The notes under the pieces were generated by a model. That model did not search any database. It was given only the letters and a program-made list of their open reading frames with translations, and was not told the DNA's origin. A DNA stretch of 64,000 nt from Candidatus Eiseniibacteriota bacterium (GTDB lineage Bacteria; Eisenbacteria; RBG-16-71-46; CAVPCR01): positions 672,001 to 736,000 of the forward strand of contig CAWGMA010000001.1 of the NCBI GenBank assembly GCA_963823555.1. Direction: 5' to 3'. The position numbers and the translations under genes are program-made. Shown piece after piece: positions 9,430-19,636 of the stretch. Within the stretch, counting starts at the first letter, position 1. The number at the start of each line of letters is the position of its first letter.

Positions 9430-10320
9430 ATGGTCCTGCCACTCTTGAAGTCCCGGTTTCCCGCATCCGTGCTCCTCGTGCTCGCCGCCGGCGGGCTGGC
9501 CGGCGGTTGCTCCACGACCAAGCTCGCGGTGGGTTCGATGGTGCCGATCCTCGAGGAGTCGGTCGATGCCGGGCTGAGCTCGGCCGATCTCGAGCTCGTG
9601 CGCGAGGGCATGCCCGGCAATCTCGTGCTGCTCGATGGGTTGATCCGTACCGACCCGCGCCCCGATCTCCTGGCGCTCGGCGCCCAGCTCTACTTCAGCT
9701 ACGCCTTCGCCTTCATCGAGGACGAGGATCCGGAACGGGCCCGCGGCCTCTACCGGACCGGTCGCGATTACGGGCAACGCGCGCTCGGTGCGGACAAGAA
9801 GGTGCGGTCGGCGCTGGCCGGGGGCAATCCGGAGGCCCTGGCCGCGGCGCTGGAGCGGCTCGATCGCGAGGATTCACCGACGCTCGTCTGGACCGCCGCG
9901 GCGTGGGCCAGCTGGGCCAATCTGAGCCTCGATGACCCGGAAGCCGTCGCGGATCTGCCCTCGATCGAAGTGCTCCTCGAGCGGGCGGTGGAGCTCGATG
10001 AGGGCTACCTCCACGGCGTGCCGCCGCTGCTCCTCGGCAGCTTCCACGCCGCGCGGCCACCGATCCTGGGTGGCGACCCCGAAACCGCCCGCCGGTACTT
10101 CACGCGTGCCGAGGAGGTGGGGAACGGCAGGCTGCTGCTCGCACCGGTGTTCGAAGCGCGCTATTATGCGCGGTCGATCCTCGACGAGGAGCTCTTCACA
10201 CGTCTCTTGAATGGCGCGCTCGCCACCCCGGTCGACATTGCGCCGGACATCCGGCTCCTGAACGCGGTGGCTCACAGGAAGGCGCGCGATCTCCTCGCCA
10301 TGCGGGACGAGCTGTTCTAG
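9430..10320 (+). CDS. TRAP transporter T-component (TatT) lipoprotein
   Basis: Lipobox AGGC; helical protein with SYAFAF, PPILGGDPE.AR.YF; directly precedes dctP. Confidence 0.8.
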   Translation: MVLPLLKSRFPASVLLVLAAGGLAGGCSTTKLAVGSMVPILEESVDAGLSSADLELVREGMPGNLVLLDGLIRTDPRPDLLALGAQLYFSYAFAFIEDEDPERARGLYRTGRDYGQRALGADKKVRSALAGGNPEALAAALERLDREDSPTLVWTAAAWASWANLSLDDPEAVADLPSIEVLLERAVELDEGYLHGVPPLLLGSFHAARPPILGGDPETARRYFTRAEEVGNGRLLLAPVFEARYYARSILDEELFTRLLNGALATPVDIAPDIRLLNAVAHRKARDLLAMRDELF

Positions 10321-10383
10321 GCGCGAGGAGAATCGGCCGGCGGGCGGGGTTTGACCCTCAGGCTCCGCGATACCTCGACTCCG

Positions 10384-11481
10384 ATGATGGGAACCATGAC
10401 CACCACCTGCCTACCCAGTCGCTCTTCATTCGCTCTCATCGCCGGCGCGGTGCTGCTCATGATCGCTGCGCTGGCCCACGCGCAGGCGCCGGGCGCGAGC
10501 CCGCGTCGGCCCAAGCCCCAGCACGAGATCAAGCTCGCCACGCTCGCCCCCGATGGCTCGACATGGATGAACATCATGCACGAGCTCGACGCCGCCGTGC
10601 GCCGGGAAACCGAGAACCGCGTCGGGTTCAAGTTCTATCCGGGAGGGGTCCAGGGCGACGAGCTCGTCGTTCTCAAGAAGATCCGCACCGGGCAGCTCCA
10701 CGGCGGTGGTTTTACCGGGCTCGGGCTCGGCGAGATCGCGTCCGAGCTGCGCGTGCTCGAGCTCCCCTTTCTCTTCCAGGACCCGGCAGAGGTCGATCAG
10801 GTGCACGAGAAGCTCGATCCGACCTTCGAGAAGATCCTGGGAGACAAGGGCTACGTCCTTCTCGGCTGGGCCGAGGTCGGGTTCATCTACCTGTTCACCG
10901 ACCGCCCGGTGGCGGGCCCCGAGGACCTCAAGCAGGTCAAGATGTGGTTGTGGGAAGGCGATCGGCTGGCGGCCGATTTCTTCAGCGCCTATGGCATCTC
11001 ACCCATCCCGCTCGCGGTGACCGATGTCTTGACCGCCCTCGAGACCGGACTCATCAATGGTGTCTATGCTTCGCCCCTGGCCTGCATTGCGTTGCAGTGG
11101 TTCACGCGGGTCAGTCACATGACCGATGCGCGCCTGACTCACGGCATCGGCGCCGTGGTCGTCGATCGCCGCACCTGGGATCCGATCCCCGCCGCCGATC
11201 AGGCCACGGTGCGCAGGCTGGCGGCCGCCCACTTCCGCCAGCTCGTCGAGCGCACGCGGAAGGAGAACGAGGAGTCGATCGCGGTCATGCAGAAGCGCGG
11301 GATCACGATCGTGACTCCGGATGCCGCCCGCGTCGCCGAGTTCTCCACCATCGGGCGGCAGGTGTGGCGGGCGGAGGTGGGGAAGCTCTACCCGCAATCG
11401 CTGCTCGACCAGGTCATCGCCGCGGTGGAGGAAGCGCGGTCCGGCGGCAAGGCGCCAGCCAGCGCGGGCGGGACCCCCTAG
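10384..11481 (+). CDS. dctP: TRAP substrate-binding protein (DctP/TatP); start uncertain (10384-10396)
   Basis: IKLATLAPDGSTW, FYPGGVQGDE, LELPFLF, TALETGLING. Confidence 0.88.
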   Translation: MMGTMTTTCLPSRSSFALIAGAVLLMIAALAHAQAPGASPRRPKPQHEIKLATLAPDGSTWMNIMHELDAAVRRETENRVGFKFYPGGVQGDELVVLKKIRTGQLHGGGFTGLGLGEIASELRVLELPFLFQDPAEVDQVHEKLDPTFEKILGDKGYVLLGWAEVGFIYLFTDRPVAGPEDLKQVKMWLWEGDRLAADFFSAYGISPIPLAVTDVLTALETGLINGVYASPLACIALQWFTRVSHMTDARLTHGIGAVVVDRRTWDPIPAADQATVRRLAAAHFRQLVERTRKENEESIAVMQKRGITIVTPDAARVAEFSTIGRQVWRAEVGKLYPQSLLDQVIAAVEEARSGGKAPASAGGTP

Positions 11482-11482
11482 C

Positions 11483-12170
11483 GTGGACGAGGCGCTCGAG
11501 TCGGCATCCGTCGGTCCCGAGGGCCGGCTCATCGCCGGGCTCGGCGCGTGGCTCTTTGCCGCGCCCCGCTCGACCCCGGCCGTGCTCCTCGTGCTCCTGT
11601 TCCTGGCCTTCGCGCTGGTCCTGGTGCGACGCGGCCTCTTCCGTTCGCGACCCCCGGCCGAGAACCTCTTCCGCCTCGCCGGCCGCATCGAGATGGGATT
11701 GCTCGGTCTCCTTCTCCTCGGCATGGTCTTGCTCTCGGCGCTGCAGATCCTCCTCCGCAATGCCTTCGGTTTCGGCTTTCTGTGGGTGGATCCTCTCCTC
11801 CGCTATGCCACCCTGTGGATCGGCTTCATCGGGGCCGCGGTGGCCGCGGCCCAGGGCCGACACATCCAGATCGATGTCCTCTCTCACGTTCTGACCCCGC
11901 GTGTGCGCCGGATCACCGGGCGTGTCACGAGCCTCGCCGCTGCCGCGACCTGTGCTGTGCTCTGCGAATCGGCCTATCGCTACCTGGCCAGCGAATACGC
12001 CTACGACACGCGAGAGTTCCTCCGGCTTCCCAGCTGGGTCCTCCTCCTGGTGATCCCGGTCGGCTTCGCCGTTCTCACCTATCGCTTCATCGATCGAGCG
12101 ATCATGCTGCCGCCGGCCGATGCGCTGGTAGCGATCGAAGATCAGGGCGCCGTGGGGAAGGGAGCGGCCA
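11483..12170 (+). CDS. dctQ: TRAP small permease DctQ with extra N-terminal TM segment; 3' end unclear (no stop before dctM start)
   Basis: QILLRN, LWIGFIGAA, GRHIQIDVL in ORF 11321..12505; GTG start after dctP stop. Confidence 0.75.
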
Positions 12171-13468
12171 ATGATCCTGATCGGCCTCGCTCATCGTGCT
12201 CCTCGCCGTGCTCGGAATGCCGCTCTTCAGCGTGCTCGCGGTCGATCGCGCTCCTCGCCTTCCGCGGCGCCGGCATCGACACCGCGGCGGTGATCGTCGA
12301 GATGAACCGGCTGGCGACGGCGCCGATGCTGATCGCGATCCCGCTCTTCACCTTCGCCGGCTACCTCTTCGCCGAGGCCGGATCGCCCGCCCGTCTGGTC
12401 CGCTTCTCGCGCGCGCTCCTCGGGTGGTTTCCGGGTGGGCTCGCCATCGTCGCCCTGGTCGCCTGCGCCGTGTTCACCGCCTTCACCGGCGCCAGTCGGG
12501 CGTGACGATCATCGCCATGGGTGGCATCTCTGATGCCGGCGCTGATCGCCGAACGCTACGGCGAGCGCTTCTCGCTCGGTCTCCTCACCACCTCCGGCAG
12601 TCTCGGTCTGCTCTTTCCGCCCTCGCTTCCCGTCATTCTCTACGCCTATGTGGCGCAGGTGAGCGTCGACAAGCTCTTCCTCGCCGGTTTGATTCCGGGG
12701 CTGCTCTTGATCTTGATGCTCGCCCTCTACTCGATCGCGCGTCGGCCGCGCCATGTGCCGCGCCAGCGCTTCACGGCGCGCGAGGTCTGGGCCGCGGCGC
12801 GCGGCGCGGCCTGGGAGCTCCCGCTGCCCCTCGCCGTCCTCGGCGGCATCTACTCGGGAACTCGTCACCATCACCGAAGCGGCGGCGCTCACCGCCTTCT
12901 ATGCACTCGTCGTCGAGGTGCTGATCTACCGTGACATCGACGCCGCGCGAGCTACCACGAATCATGAGGGAATCGATGGTGCTCGTCGGCGGCATCCTCA
13001 TCATCCTCGCCGCGGCCCTCGGGTCTCACCAACTACCTGATCGACGCCGAGGTGCCCTATGCGATCTTCGACTGGATGCAAGCGTTCGTGCAGTCGAAGC
13101 TCCTCTTCCTGTTGATGCTGAACCTCTTCCTCCTGGTCGTCGGCGCGCTGATGGACATCTTCTCGGCCCTGATCGTCGTGGTTCCGCTGATCGTTCCGAT
13201 CGCTCAGGGCTATGGGGTCGATCTCCTGCACCTCGGGATCATCTTCCTCGTCAATCTCGAGATCGGCTACTCGACCCCGCCGGTCGGGCTCAACCTCTTC
13301 ATCTCCTCGTTTCGCTTCCGGAAACCGGTTGCGTCCCTCTATCACGCGTCGTTGCCCTTCCTCGCCATTCTCCTGGTCGCGCTTCTCATCATCACCTACG
13401 TTCCAGGGCTCACGCTCTTCCTGACCGGGCCCGCGGGCGGGTCCGGGCTGGGTTCCGCGGCGCCCTGA
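12171..13468 (+). pseudogene. dctM: TRAP large permease DctM split by about 7 frameshifts (likely sequence error)
   Basis: Fragments AIPLFTFAG, FTGASGVTIIAMG, SLGLLFPPSLP, TITEAAA, GYSTPPVGLNLF lie in successive frames. Confidence 0.8.
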
Positions 13469-13510
13469 TGCGGACGCGGCCGGCGGGGGGGAGGGATGGC
13501 GGGGCGCTGT

Positions 13511-14878
13511 TCAGTCCGGCCGCGGGCACAGCGAGCCGAGGGGTCGGTGGCCATCGGCGGGCCATGTCACCGGCGGGCTCTGCAGGCGTTGCACCGGGCA
13601 CAAGCGAACCCGCGGCACCCAGTCGAGATTCGTCTCCACATCGTCGTAGAGACCGAGGGCGCCCGCGAGGGCGAGGCGGTCGGCATGAGGAACGGCCAGC
13701 CCGACCGCCTGCAGATGATCGCGGACGAGGGTGAGGGCCGCACCGGCCTCGGCCACGCTCGCCACCGGTTTCACGATCACGGTGCGGCCCAGCGGCGAGA
13801 ACTCGAAGTGAGGCGTGTGATCGAGGAGGACCGCGAAGCCGGCCTCGAACCCGCCGAAGAGTTCGCTCGTCGGGGGGGTCTGAGCCAGCTCGCGCGCGCC
13901 GAGGAACTGGCGGAGGGCCGAGGCCCGGGCTGGTTCGAGGGGAGCGCGCGGCCAGCGCTGCCCGATCAGCTCGAGCTCGGCGGCGAGGCGGCCGGCGAAC
14001 TCGCGCGCGGCATCGGGCGCTCTCTCCTCGATGAACACGGTGTGCGGCGACAGGCATCCCTGCTGCTCGTAGAGCGCCACCTCCCGTGCAAGAGTTCGCG
14101 CCAGGCCACGAGAATCAGCGGCGAGGGCGCGAGCGGAGAGAATGGCGGCTGATACTTTCGGTCCGTGTGCCACGAAGCGCGTGCGCTCGGGGAGCGCCGC
14201 GCGCAGGCGGATCACCGTCTCTCGGTCCCCGTGCACGACGACGGCATCGGCGGCGGCGAGGGCGGCCGTCGTGAGTGCGGTGTTCGAGCGCGACCAGTTG
14301 AGCACGGCGACCATCCCCGCCAGATCCGGATCACAGGTTTCGAGCGAGCGGGCCCACAGCGGCGCGAGGATCGGTTCGGCAGTCGCCGTCTTGATGAGCA
14401 CCGCCGATCGGAGGAGGAGAGCGACGGTCGCGGTGACGATGGCCGGCGGGAAGACCGTGCCGGCGGCGATCGCAAGCACCAGCCGCGGAGGTGCCGCGTG
14501 GAGGTGGCCGACCTCGACGCGGAGGAGCTCGGCCAGCCGCTCGGCGCGGAGCGAGTCGAAGAGCCGATCGAGGGCCTCGGCCACCATGCCGGGGGCGAAG
14601 CCGGTGGTGGCGGCGAGCTGTTGCTCGGCCACCAGGCGATGCGGGTTCGTGCGGTCGAGCCAGATCTCCGCCACGGCGCCCAGGCTCTCGAGCAGGCGCG
14701 ACGTGGTCAGTCGCCGCTCCAGGCCGGCGGCCGCGGCGACGAGGCCGCCGGTCACCGCGGTCAGAGCTTGAGCCGACGGCTGCCAGCTCGAGAAGGTATA
14801 TCCTCCGCGCGCGGTCTGCTCGGTGCCGGCGAGCGGTGCGAGGGTGGGGGGCAAGTAGACGAGGCTGCCGTCGGTCAT
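13511..14878 (-). CDS. LuxC-like acyl-CoA/acyl-protein reductase
   Basis: ALDH-like layout; HGPKVS, EQQGCLSPH (catalytic Cys); TGATG overlap with the luxE-like gene. Confidence 0.82.
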   Translation of the reverse strand: MTDGSLVYLPPTLAPLAGTEQTARGGYTFSSWQPSAQALTAVTGGLVAAAAGLERRLTTSRLLESLGAVAEIWLDRTNPHRLVAEQQLAATTGFAPGMVAEALDRLFDSLRAERLAELLRVEVGHLHAAPPRLVLAIAAGTVFPPAIVTATVALLLRSAVLIKTATAEPILAPLWARSLETCDPDLAGMVAVLNWSRSNTALTTAALAAADAVVVHGDRETVIRLRAALPERTRFVAHGPKVSAAILSARALAADSRGLARTLAREVALYEQQGCLSPHTVFIEERAPDAAREFAGRLAAELELIGQRWPRAPLEPARASALRQFLGARELAQTPPTSELFGGFEAGFAVLLDHTPHFEFSPLGRTVIVKPVASVAEAGAALTLVRDHLQAVGLAVPHADRLALAGALGLYDDVETNLDWVPRVRLCPVQRLQSPPVTWPADGHRPLGSLCPRPD

Positions 14879-16053
14879 CAGCTTATGGCGTCCAGACGCA
14901 GAAAATCATCCAAGGCCAGCGAGCAACCGCGGGCCGATGCGCCGGGCATGCGGCCCAGGAGCTCGAACCCATCACCGAGCGCCCGGCCCCGGTCCTCGGT
15001 GAGGAGCGAGACCGTGCTCGAGCGCGCGGCGAGATCGAGATGGACGAGGAGCCCCTCTTCGCCCGCGGCCACCGGGGCCAGGGTGAGGGGATCGAGGATC
15101 ATCGTGCGTACCCAGGGTGGCGCGGCCTTCGCTCGGGGCGCCCGCGGGTCGTTGGCGGCGGGGTGCTGGCCGGCCGGGAGCGCCGTGAGCGCCGCGTGGA
15201 GCGTGGTGTCGTAGAACTGGCTCACCAGTTCGGTCATGCCGTACTCGGCGACGATGGCATGAACCGGCACACCGAGACGGTCGGCAATCGCCGCATAGAG
15301 CTCGTGGCGTTCCACTTGCCGCCGCTGCCCCTTGAATCCTCCGGTCTCCATCACCCGCGAACCGGGCGCCAGCGGGATCCGGGTCCCGGCCGCGGTGAGC
15401 GCATCGACGAGCGCGAGCAACGCGATGGCGGTGGCGGCGATGAGGACCGGCTCGGCCGCGGCGGCCGCTGTCGAGAGCGCCGCGATCGCGGCATCCGCGT
15501 CGAGCGCGCCGCTGGCCGTCACGAAGTAGCGCGGCCGGGCGCCGAGCTGGCGCGCCGCGGAGCCGACCATGTAGGCGAGTGAGGATTCGGGAGCTCCGTC
15601 CGGGTCCGGAAGGAGGGCGATCCATGCGAGCTCGCGCCGGTCGGGAAGGAGATGGCGGACGAAGGGAGGCAGAAGAGCCGAGTCGGCGAGCGCGAGCGTG
15701 TCGAGCTCGAGCACCGAGCGCTGCCCTCCGCTGGTACCGCTCGAGCGGAAGCGGCGCACGGTGGCTGGAGGAGGGAACGTCGCCATGCGCATCTGACCGA
15801 AGGCGCGGGCCGGTACCGGCGGAATGTCCTCGGGCCGGTTGATGTGATCGGGATCCGCGCCGCGCGCCCGGGCATAGCGCGCGTAGGCGGGATTCCATCG
15901 CACCTGGTAGGCGAAGACGTCGAGGAGGAGCGCATCGAGAGCGTCCCGATCCGCTTTCCAGGCGGCAGCTGCTTCCGCGATGAAGGGGATGATGCGCTGG
16001 TCGAGGACTGCGGCCTCGCGGCGCTCGGCGGGATCGGGATCCAGCGTGGTCAT
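14878..16053 (-). CDS. LuxE-like acyl-protein synthetase
   Basis: FAYQ...N..Y, FRSSGTSG, METGGFKG, EYGMTEL.SQ.Y, TEDRG, ARGCS acylation Cys; start inside ORF 14878..16413. Confidence 0.85.
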   Translation of the reverse strand: MTTLDPDPAERREAAVLDQRIIPFIAEAAAAWKADRDALDALLLDVFAYQVRWNPAYARYARARGADPDHINRPEDIPPVPARAFGQMRMATFPPPATVRRFRSSGTSGGQRSVLELDTLALADSALLPPFVRHLLPDRRELAWIALLPDPDGAPESSLAYMVGSAARQLGARPRYFVTASGALDADAAIAALSTAAAAAEPVLIAATAIALLALVDALTAAGTRIPLAPGSRVMETGGFKGQRRQVERHELYAAIADRLGVPVHAIVAEYGMTELVSQFYDTTLHAALTALPAGQHPAANDPRAPRAKAAPPWVRTMILDPLTLAPVAAGEEGLLVHLDLAARSSTVSLLTEDRGRALGDGFELLGRMPGASARGCSLALDDFLRLDAIS

Positions 16054-17395
16054 CTCGACTCCGGGTGTCGGCTCGGCGGCACGAGAGAAAGGACGTCGGC
16101 AATGGCCTCGACGCCGCGTGCGAGCTCGGTCTCGCTCAGGATGTACGGCGGCGTGAGCTCGATCACCTCGCCCTCGCGGCCCGCGGTGAGGACCAGCACC
16201 CCGCGGGCGCAGAGTTCGACCATGACCGCCGCCGCTCGCTCCCCGTCCGGCGCGCCGGTCTCGGGGTCGCGCAGCTCGATGCCGGCGAACAGGCCGCGCC
16301 CGCGGATCGCCGTGATTCCATCGGATCTCGCCTAGCGCCGCTTCGAGTCCGGCGAAGAGCCCGGTGCCGAAGCTCTCCGGCGCGCTCGACGAGATGCTCC
16401 GACGCGATGACATCGAGGACAGCCAGGGCCGCGGCGGCCGCCAGCGGATGACCGAGGAAAGTCGCCGTGTGCAGGGCAGGACCGGGATGGCTTCGCCACG
16501 CGTCCATCACCTGGGCCGAGCCCACGGCCGCCGCCAGCGGGAGGCCGCCGCCCAGCGCCTTGCCGATGAGAAGGAGGTCGGGGACGATTCCCTCATCCTC
16601 GACCGCAAACCAGCGCCCGGTGCGCCCGAGCCCGGTCATGATCTCGTCGACGATCAGGAGCGCGCCGTGGCGCCGGCAGGCGGCGTGGAGCGCGGGAATG
16701 AGCCCCGGCGGGGCCGGTCGCACGCCGCCACGACCTTGGATCGGCTCGATCACGACCGCGCCGATATCGCCATCCGCAAGAATTGACTCGATCAAGCTGA
16801 AATCGGCGTGGTCGGGGGCCGTGAGGGGGACCTGTCGCACGTGCCCCGCCAGCTGGGCGGCGAACGGCCGGCGGAAGTGGTCATGACCCGCGAGGGGCAG
16901 GGCCCCGTAGGAGAGACCGTGGTAACCACCGGCGAAGGCGATCACTCCGGGCTTGCCGGTGGCAAGGAGTGCGGTCTTGAGCGCCGCTTCGACCGCGTCG
17001 GTACCGTTCAGGCCGAGGTGGGTCACTCCGAGGTCGCCGGGAGCGATCGCGGCCAGGCGCTCGAGAAGCTCCACCTTGATCCGGGCCGGGTGCACGTCAC
17101 CCATGGCGTGGATGAGCTCTCCAGCTTGCCTGGTGACGGCCTCCTCGACGCGGGGATGGGTGTGGCCGATGGCGGCCACCCCGAAGGCGGCGGTGAGGTC
17201 GAGATACTCGTGACCGTCCGCATCCCAGACCCGGGTCCCCCGTGCCCGCTCCCAGACCACGGGAAAGCGCGGGCCGCGGCCCGTGACGCCCGGATTCTCC
17301 ACCGTGGCGAGGCGATCCAGAAGAGCGCGCGAGCGCGGTCCGGATCCGGCGACCGCCTGGCGGCGGCCCTTCGCTGTCGGCTCACGGAGGTCCAT
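16050..17395 (-). CDS. Class III PLP aminotransferase with two +1 frameshifts near 16370 and 16323 (probably artefactual)
   Basis: WDADG.EYLD, EPIQGRGG, DEIMTGLGRTG, GKALGGG, HTATF.GHP; corrected C-terminus IRGRGLFAGIEL...LTPPYIL ends at TGA overlapping the luxE ATG. Confidence 0.85.
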
Positions 17396-17490
17396 CCGGG
17401 CGATCGTAACAAACGGGGGCCGGCCCGGCTCGACCGGAGCCCGCCCGAAGCAACTTGACCGGCGGTTGGTCGCTCTGCCACCTTCTCTCC

Positions 17491-18321
17491 ATGGCAAGCA
17501 GTGATGAAACTTCGGGCGCCGATGAGCGCTACGATCTACTGGTGGATGAATCCCAGAACGCTCTCGATCACGAGGATTACGAGCGCGCGATCGACCTCGC
17601 GCATGAGGCGATCGAGCTCCGGCCCGACCAGGCCGAGGCCTACTTCGTGGTGGGGGTCGCGTTCTTCGATCTCGGGGAGTTCCGGCCGGCTCACGATTAC
17701 TTGCGGCAGGCGGCGGAGCACAGCCCGGACGATCCGGTGATCCGCACCTTCGCCGGAGCTTCGTGCTTCGTCCTCGGCGAGGATGGACAGGCCGAGGAAC
17801 TCCTCCGCTCGGCGATTCGTGACGATCCCGATTCGACCGAGGCCCGGTACTGGCTGTCGATGGTCATCGAGCGCCGCGGAAGTCACCGCGAGGCCGATGA
17901 GCTCCTCGCCGAATGCGCCCGCATCGATCCGGAGCGCTACCACCTGCCCTTCCGCGTGAGCCGTGAGGAGCTCGAGCGGGACCTGGAAGAGGTGCTCCGC
18001 GCGCTCCCGGCGCCCATCGCGGCTGTCCTCAAGGAGGTCCCGATCATCATCGAGGACCTCCCGGCTCGCAGCATGCTGGAAGGTCCTGAGCTGCTCGCCC
18101 CCGATATCCTCGGGCTCTTCACCGGCGCGTCCCACCCGGAGGAGAGCGTCTTCGAGACGGCCGCGGAACCGACCGCGGTCTACCTCTTCAAGCGGAATCT
18201 GGAGCGGATCGCCGCCTCGCGCGAGGATCTACTCGACGAGGCGCGGATCACCCTCGTTCATGAAATCGGGCACTACCTCGGCCTGGACGAGGACGATCTC
18301 ATGGAGCGCGGGCTCGACTGA
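17491..18321 (+). CDS. TPR-containing minimal zincin metallopeptidase
   Basis: N-terminal TPR-like helices; LGLFTG, ITLVHEIGHYLGLDEDDL (HExxH). Confidence 0.82.
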   Translation: MASSDETSGADERYDLLVDESQNALDHEDYERAIDLAHEAIELRPDQAEAYFVVGVAFFDLGEFRPAHDYLRQAAEHSPDDPVIRTFAGASCFVLGEDGQAEELLRSAIRDDPDSTEARYWLSMVIERRGSHREADELLAECARIDPERYHLPFRVSREELERDLEEVLRALPAPIAAVLKEVPIIIEDLPARSMLEGPELLAPDILGLFTGASHPEESVFETAAEPTAVYLFKRNLERIAASREDLLDEARITLVHEIGHYLGLDEDDLMERGLD

Positions 18322-18414
18322 CGTTCGCTCCCGGCGAGCGCTCTCGGGTGGGCGGCCGAGTGGGGAGGGTGCTCGAGGCGGCCCTGGCGCGAGGCGACGA
18401 TCCGGATCGAGAGG

Positions 18415-19626
18415 ATGCAACCTACCCGACGCGACTATCTGGACGATCCCTATCGCCGCCAGTTCACGGCCACGGTCGTCACGTGCCTGGAGCGCCGCGA
18501 CGGGCCGGCCGCCGTCCTGGCCGAAACGTGTTTCTACCCTGAAGGGGGCGGTCAGCCGGCCGATCAGGGACAGCTCGGCCCGGCCCGCGTGCTCGATGTC
18601 CAGGAAGAAGCGGACGGCACGATCGTCCACTACCTCGACCGGGCGCTCGCTCCCGGCACGCACGAGGCCGTGATCGACTGGGGTCGCCGTTTCGACCACA
18701 TGCAACAGCATACGGGGCAGCATCTCCTCTCGCGCTGCTTCGAGATCCTCGCCGGCGCCGGCACCGTGTCCTTCCATCTGGGCAGCGGAGAAGTGACCAT
18801 CGATCTCGATGTCACCGATCTCCCGCCGGCCAGGATCACCGAGGTCGAGGAGCTCGCCCATCGAGTCGTCTTCGAGAATCGGAGCGTGGAGGCGGAGGAG
18901 ATCTCCGCGGCGGAGGCTGTTGCTCTCGGTGTGACCTGTCCTCCCGGCGTGGACGGGCGGGTGCGCGTGGTCACGATCACCGACTTCGATCGCAATGCAT
19001 GCGGCGGGACGCATGTCCGGGCGACGGGGGAGATCGGTCCGGTCAAGGTGCGGCGCCTGGAGCGCGTGCGCGGGAAGACCCGTGTCGGCTTCCTCTGTGG
19101 CTGGCGCGGTCTGCGTGACTACGCCTGGAAGCATGAGGCGATGCGCGAAATGGCCGCTCTCTTCACCACGGGGGAGCACGAGGTGCCGGGGCTCGTCTCG
19201 AATCTGGTTCTGGGGCGCAGGTCGCTCGAGCGGCGTGTTCGCGATCTCGAGGTGGAACTGGCCACGTACCGCGCTTGTGCCCTCATCGACGAAGCAAGAC
19301 CGGTGGGTGACCGGGGATACCGGCTGATCAGCCACCTGTCGGCCGACGGCCTCGAGGCGACGCGCGCTCTGGTCACCGCCCTGGTCGCGGCATCGGGAGT
19401 GATCGCCCTCGCCGGCTGTGTGGAGGATGGTCGGGCGCGGGTGGTGGCTGCCGCTGCTCCGGATGTGGAGATCGATCTCGCCCCGATCGTGCGCGATGCC
19501 GCCAACGTCCTCTTCGGCCGGGGAGGGGGCAAGAAGAACTGGGCAGAGGCGGGGGGGGAGGATCCGGCTCGTCTCGAGGCCGCGCTCCACCGAGCCAGCG
19601 CCCAGGTCCTGGCGCTCGTCGGGTGA
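18415..19626 (+). CDS. AlaX-like tRNA editing protein with DHHA1 domain
   Basis: FYPEGGGQPAD, HMQQHTGQHLLS, CGGTHV, C-terminal GRGGG. Confidence 0.88.
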   Translation: MQPTRRDYLDDPYRRQFTATVVTCLERRDGPAAVLAETCFYPEGGGQPADQGQLGPARVLDVQEEADGTIVHYLDRALAPGTHEAVIDWGRRFDHMQQHTGQHLLSRCFEILAGAGTVSFHLGSGEVTIDLDVTDLPPARITEVEELAHRVVFENRSVEAEEISAAEAVALGVTCPPGVDGRVRVVTITDFDRNACGGTHVRATGEIGPVKVRRLERVRGKTRVGFLCGWRGLRDYAWKHEAMREMAALFTTGEHEVPGLVSNLVLGRRSLERRVRDLEVELATYRACALIDEARPVGDRGYRLISHLSADGLEATRALVTALVAASGVIALAGCVEDGRARVVAAAAPDVEIDLAPIVRDAANVLFGRGGGKKNWAEAGGEDPARLEAALHRASAQVLALVG

Positions 19627-19636
19627 GCGCTCCTTG

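Noticed and set aside
12171..13030. Programmed frameshifting or phase variation in dctM
   Set aside because: Shifts are not in slippery heptamers or long homopolymers and are too many; assembly error is more parsimonious
13511..16053. Bioluminescence operon
   Set aside because: No luxA, luxB, luxD or luxG in the window
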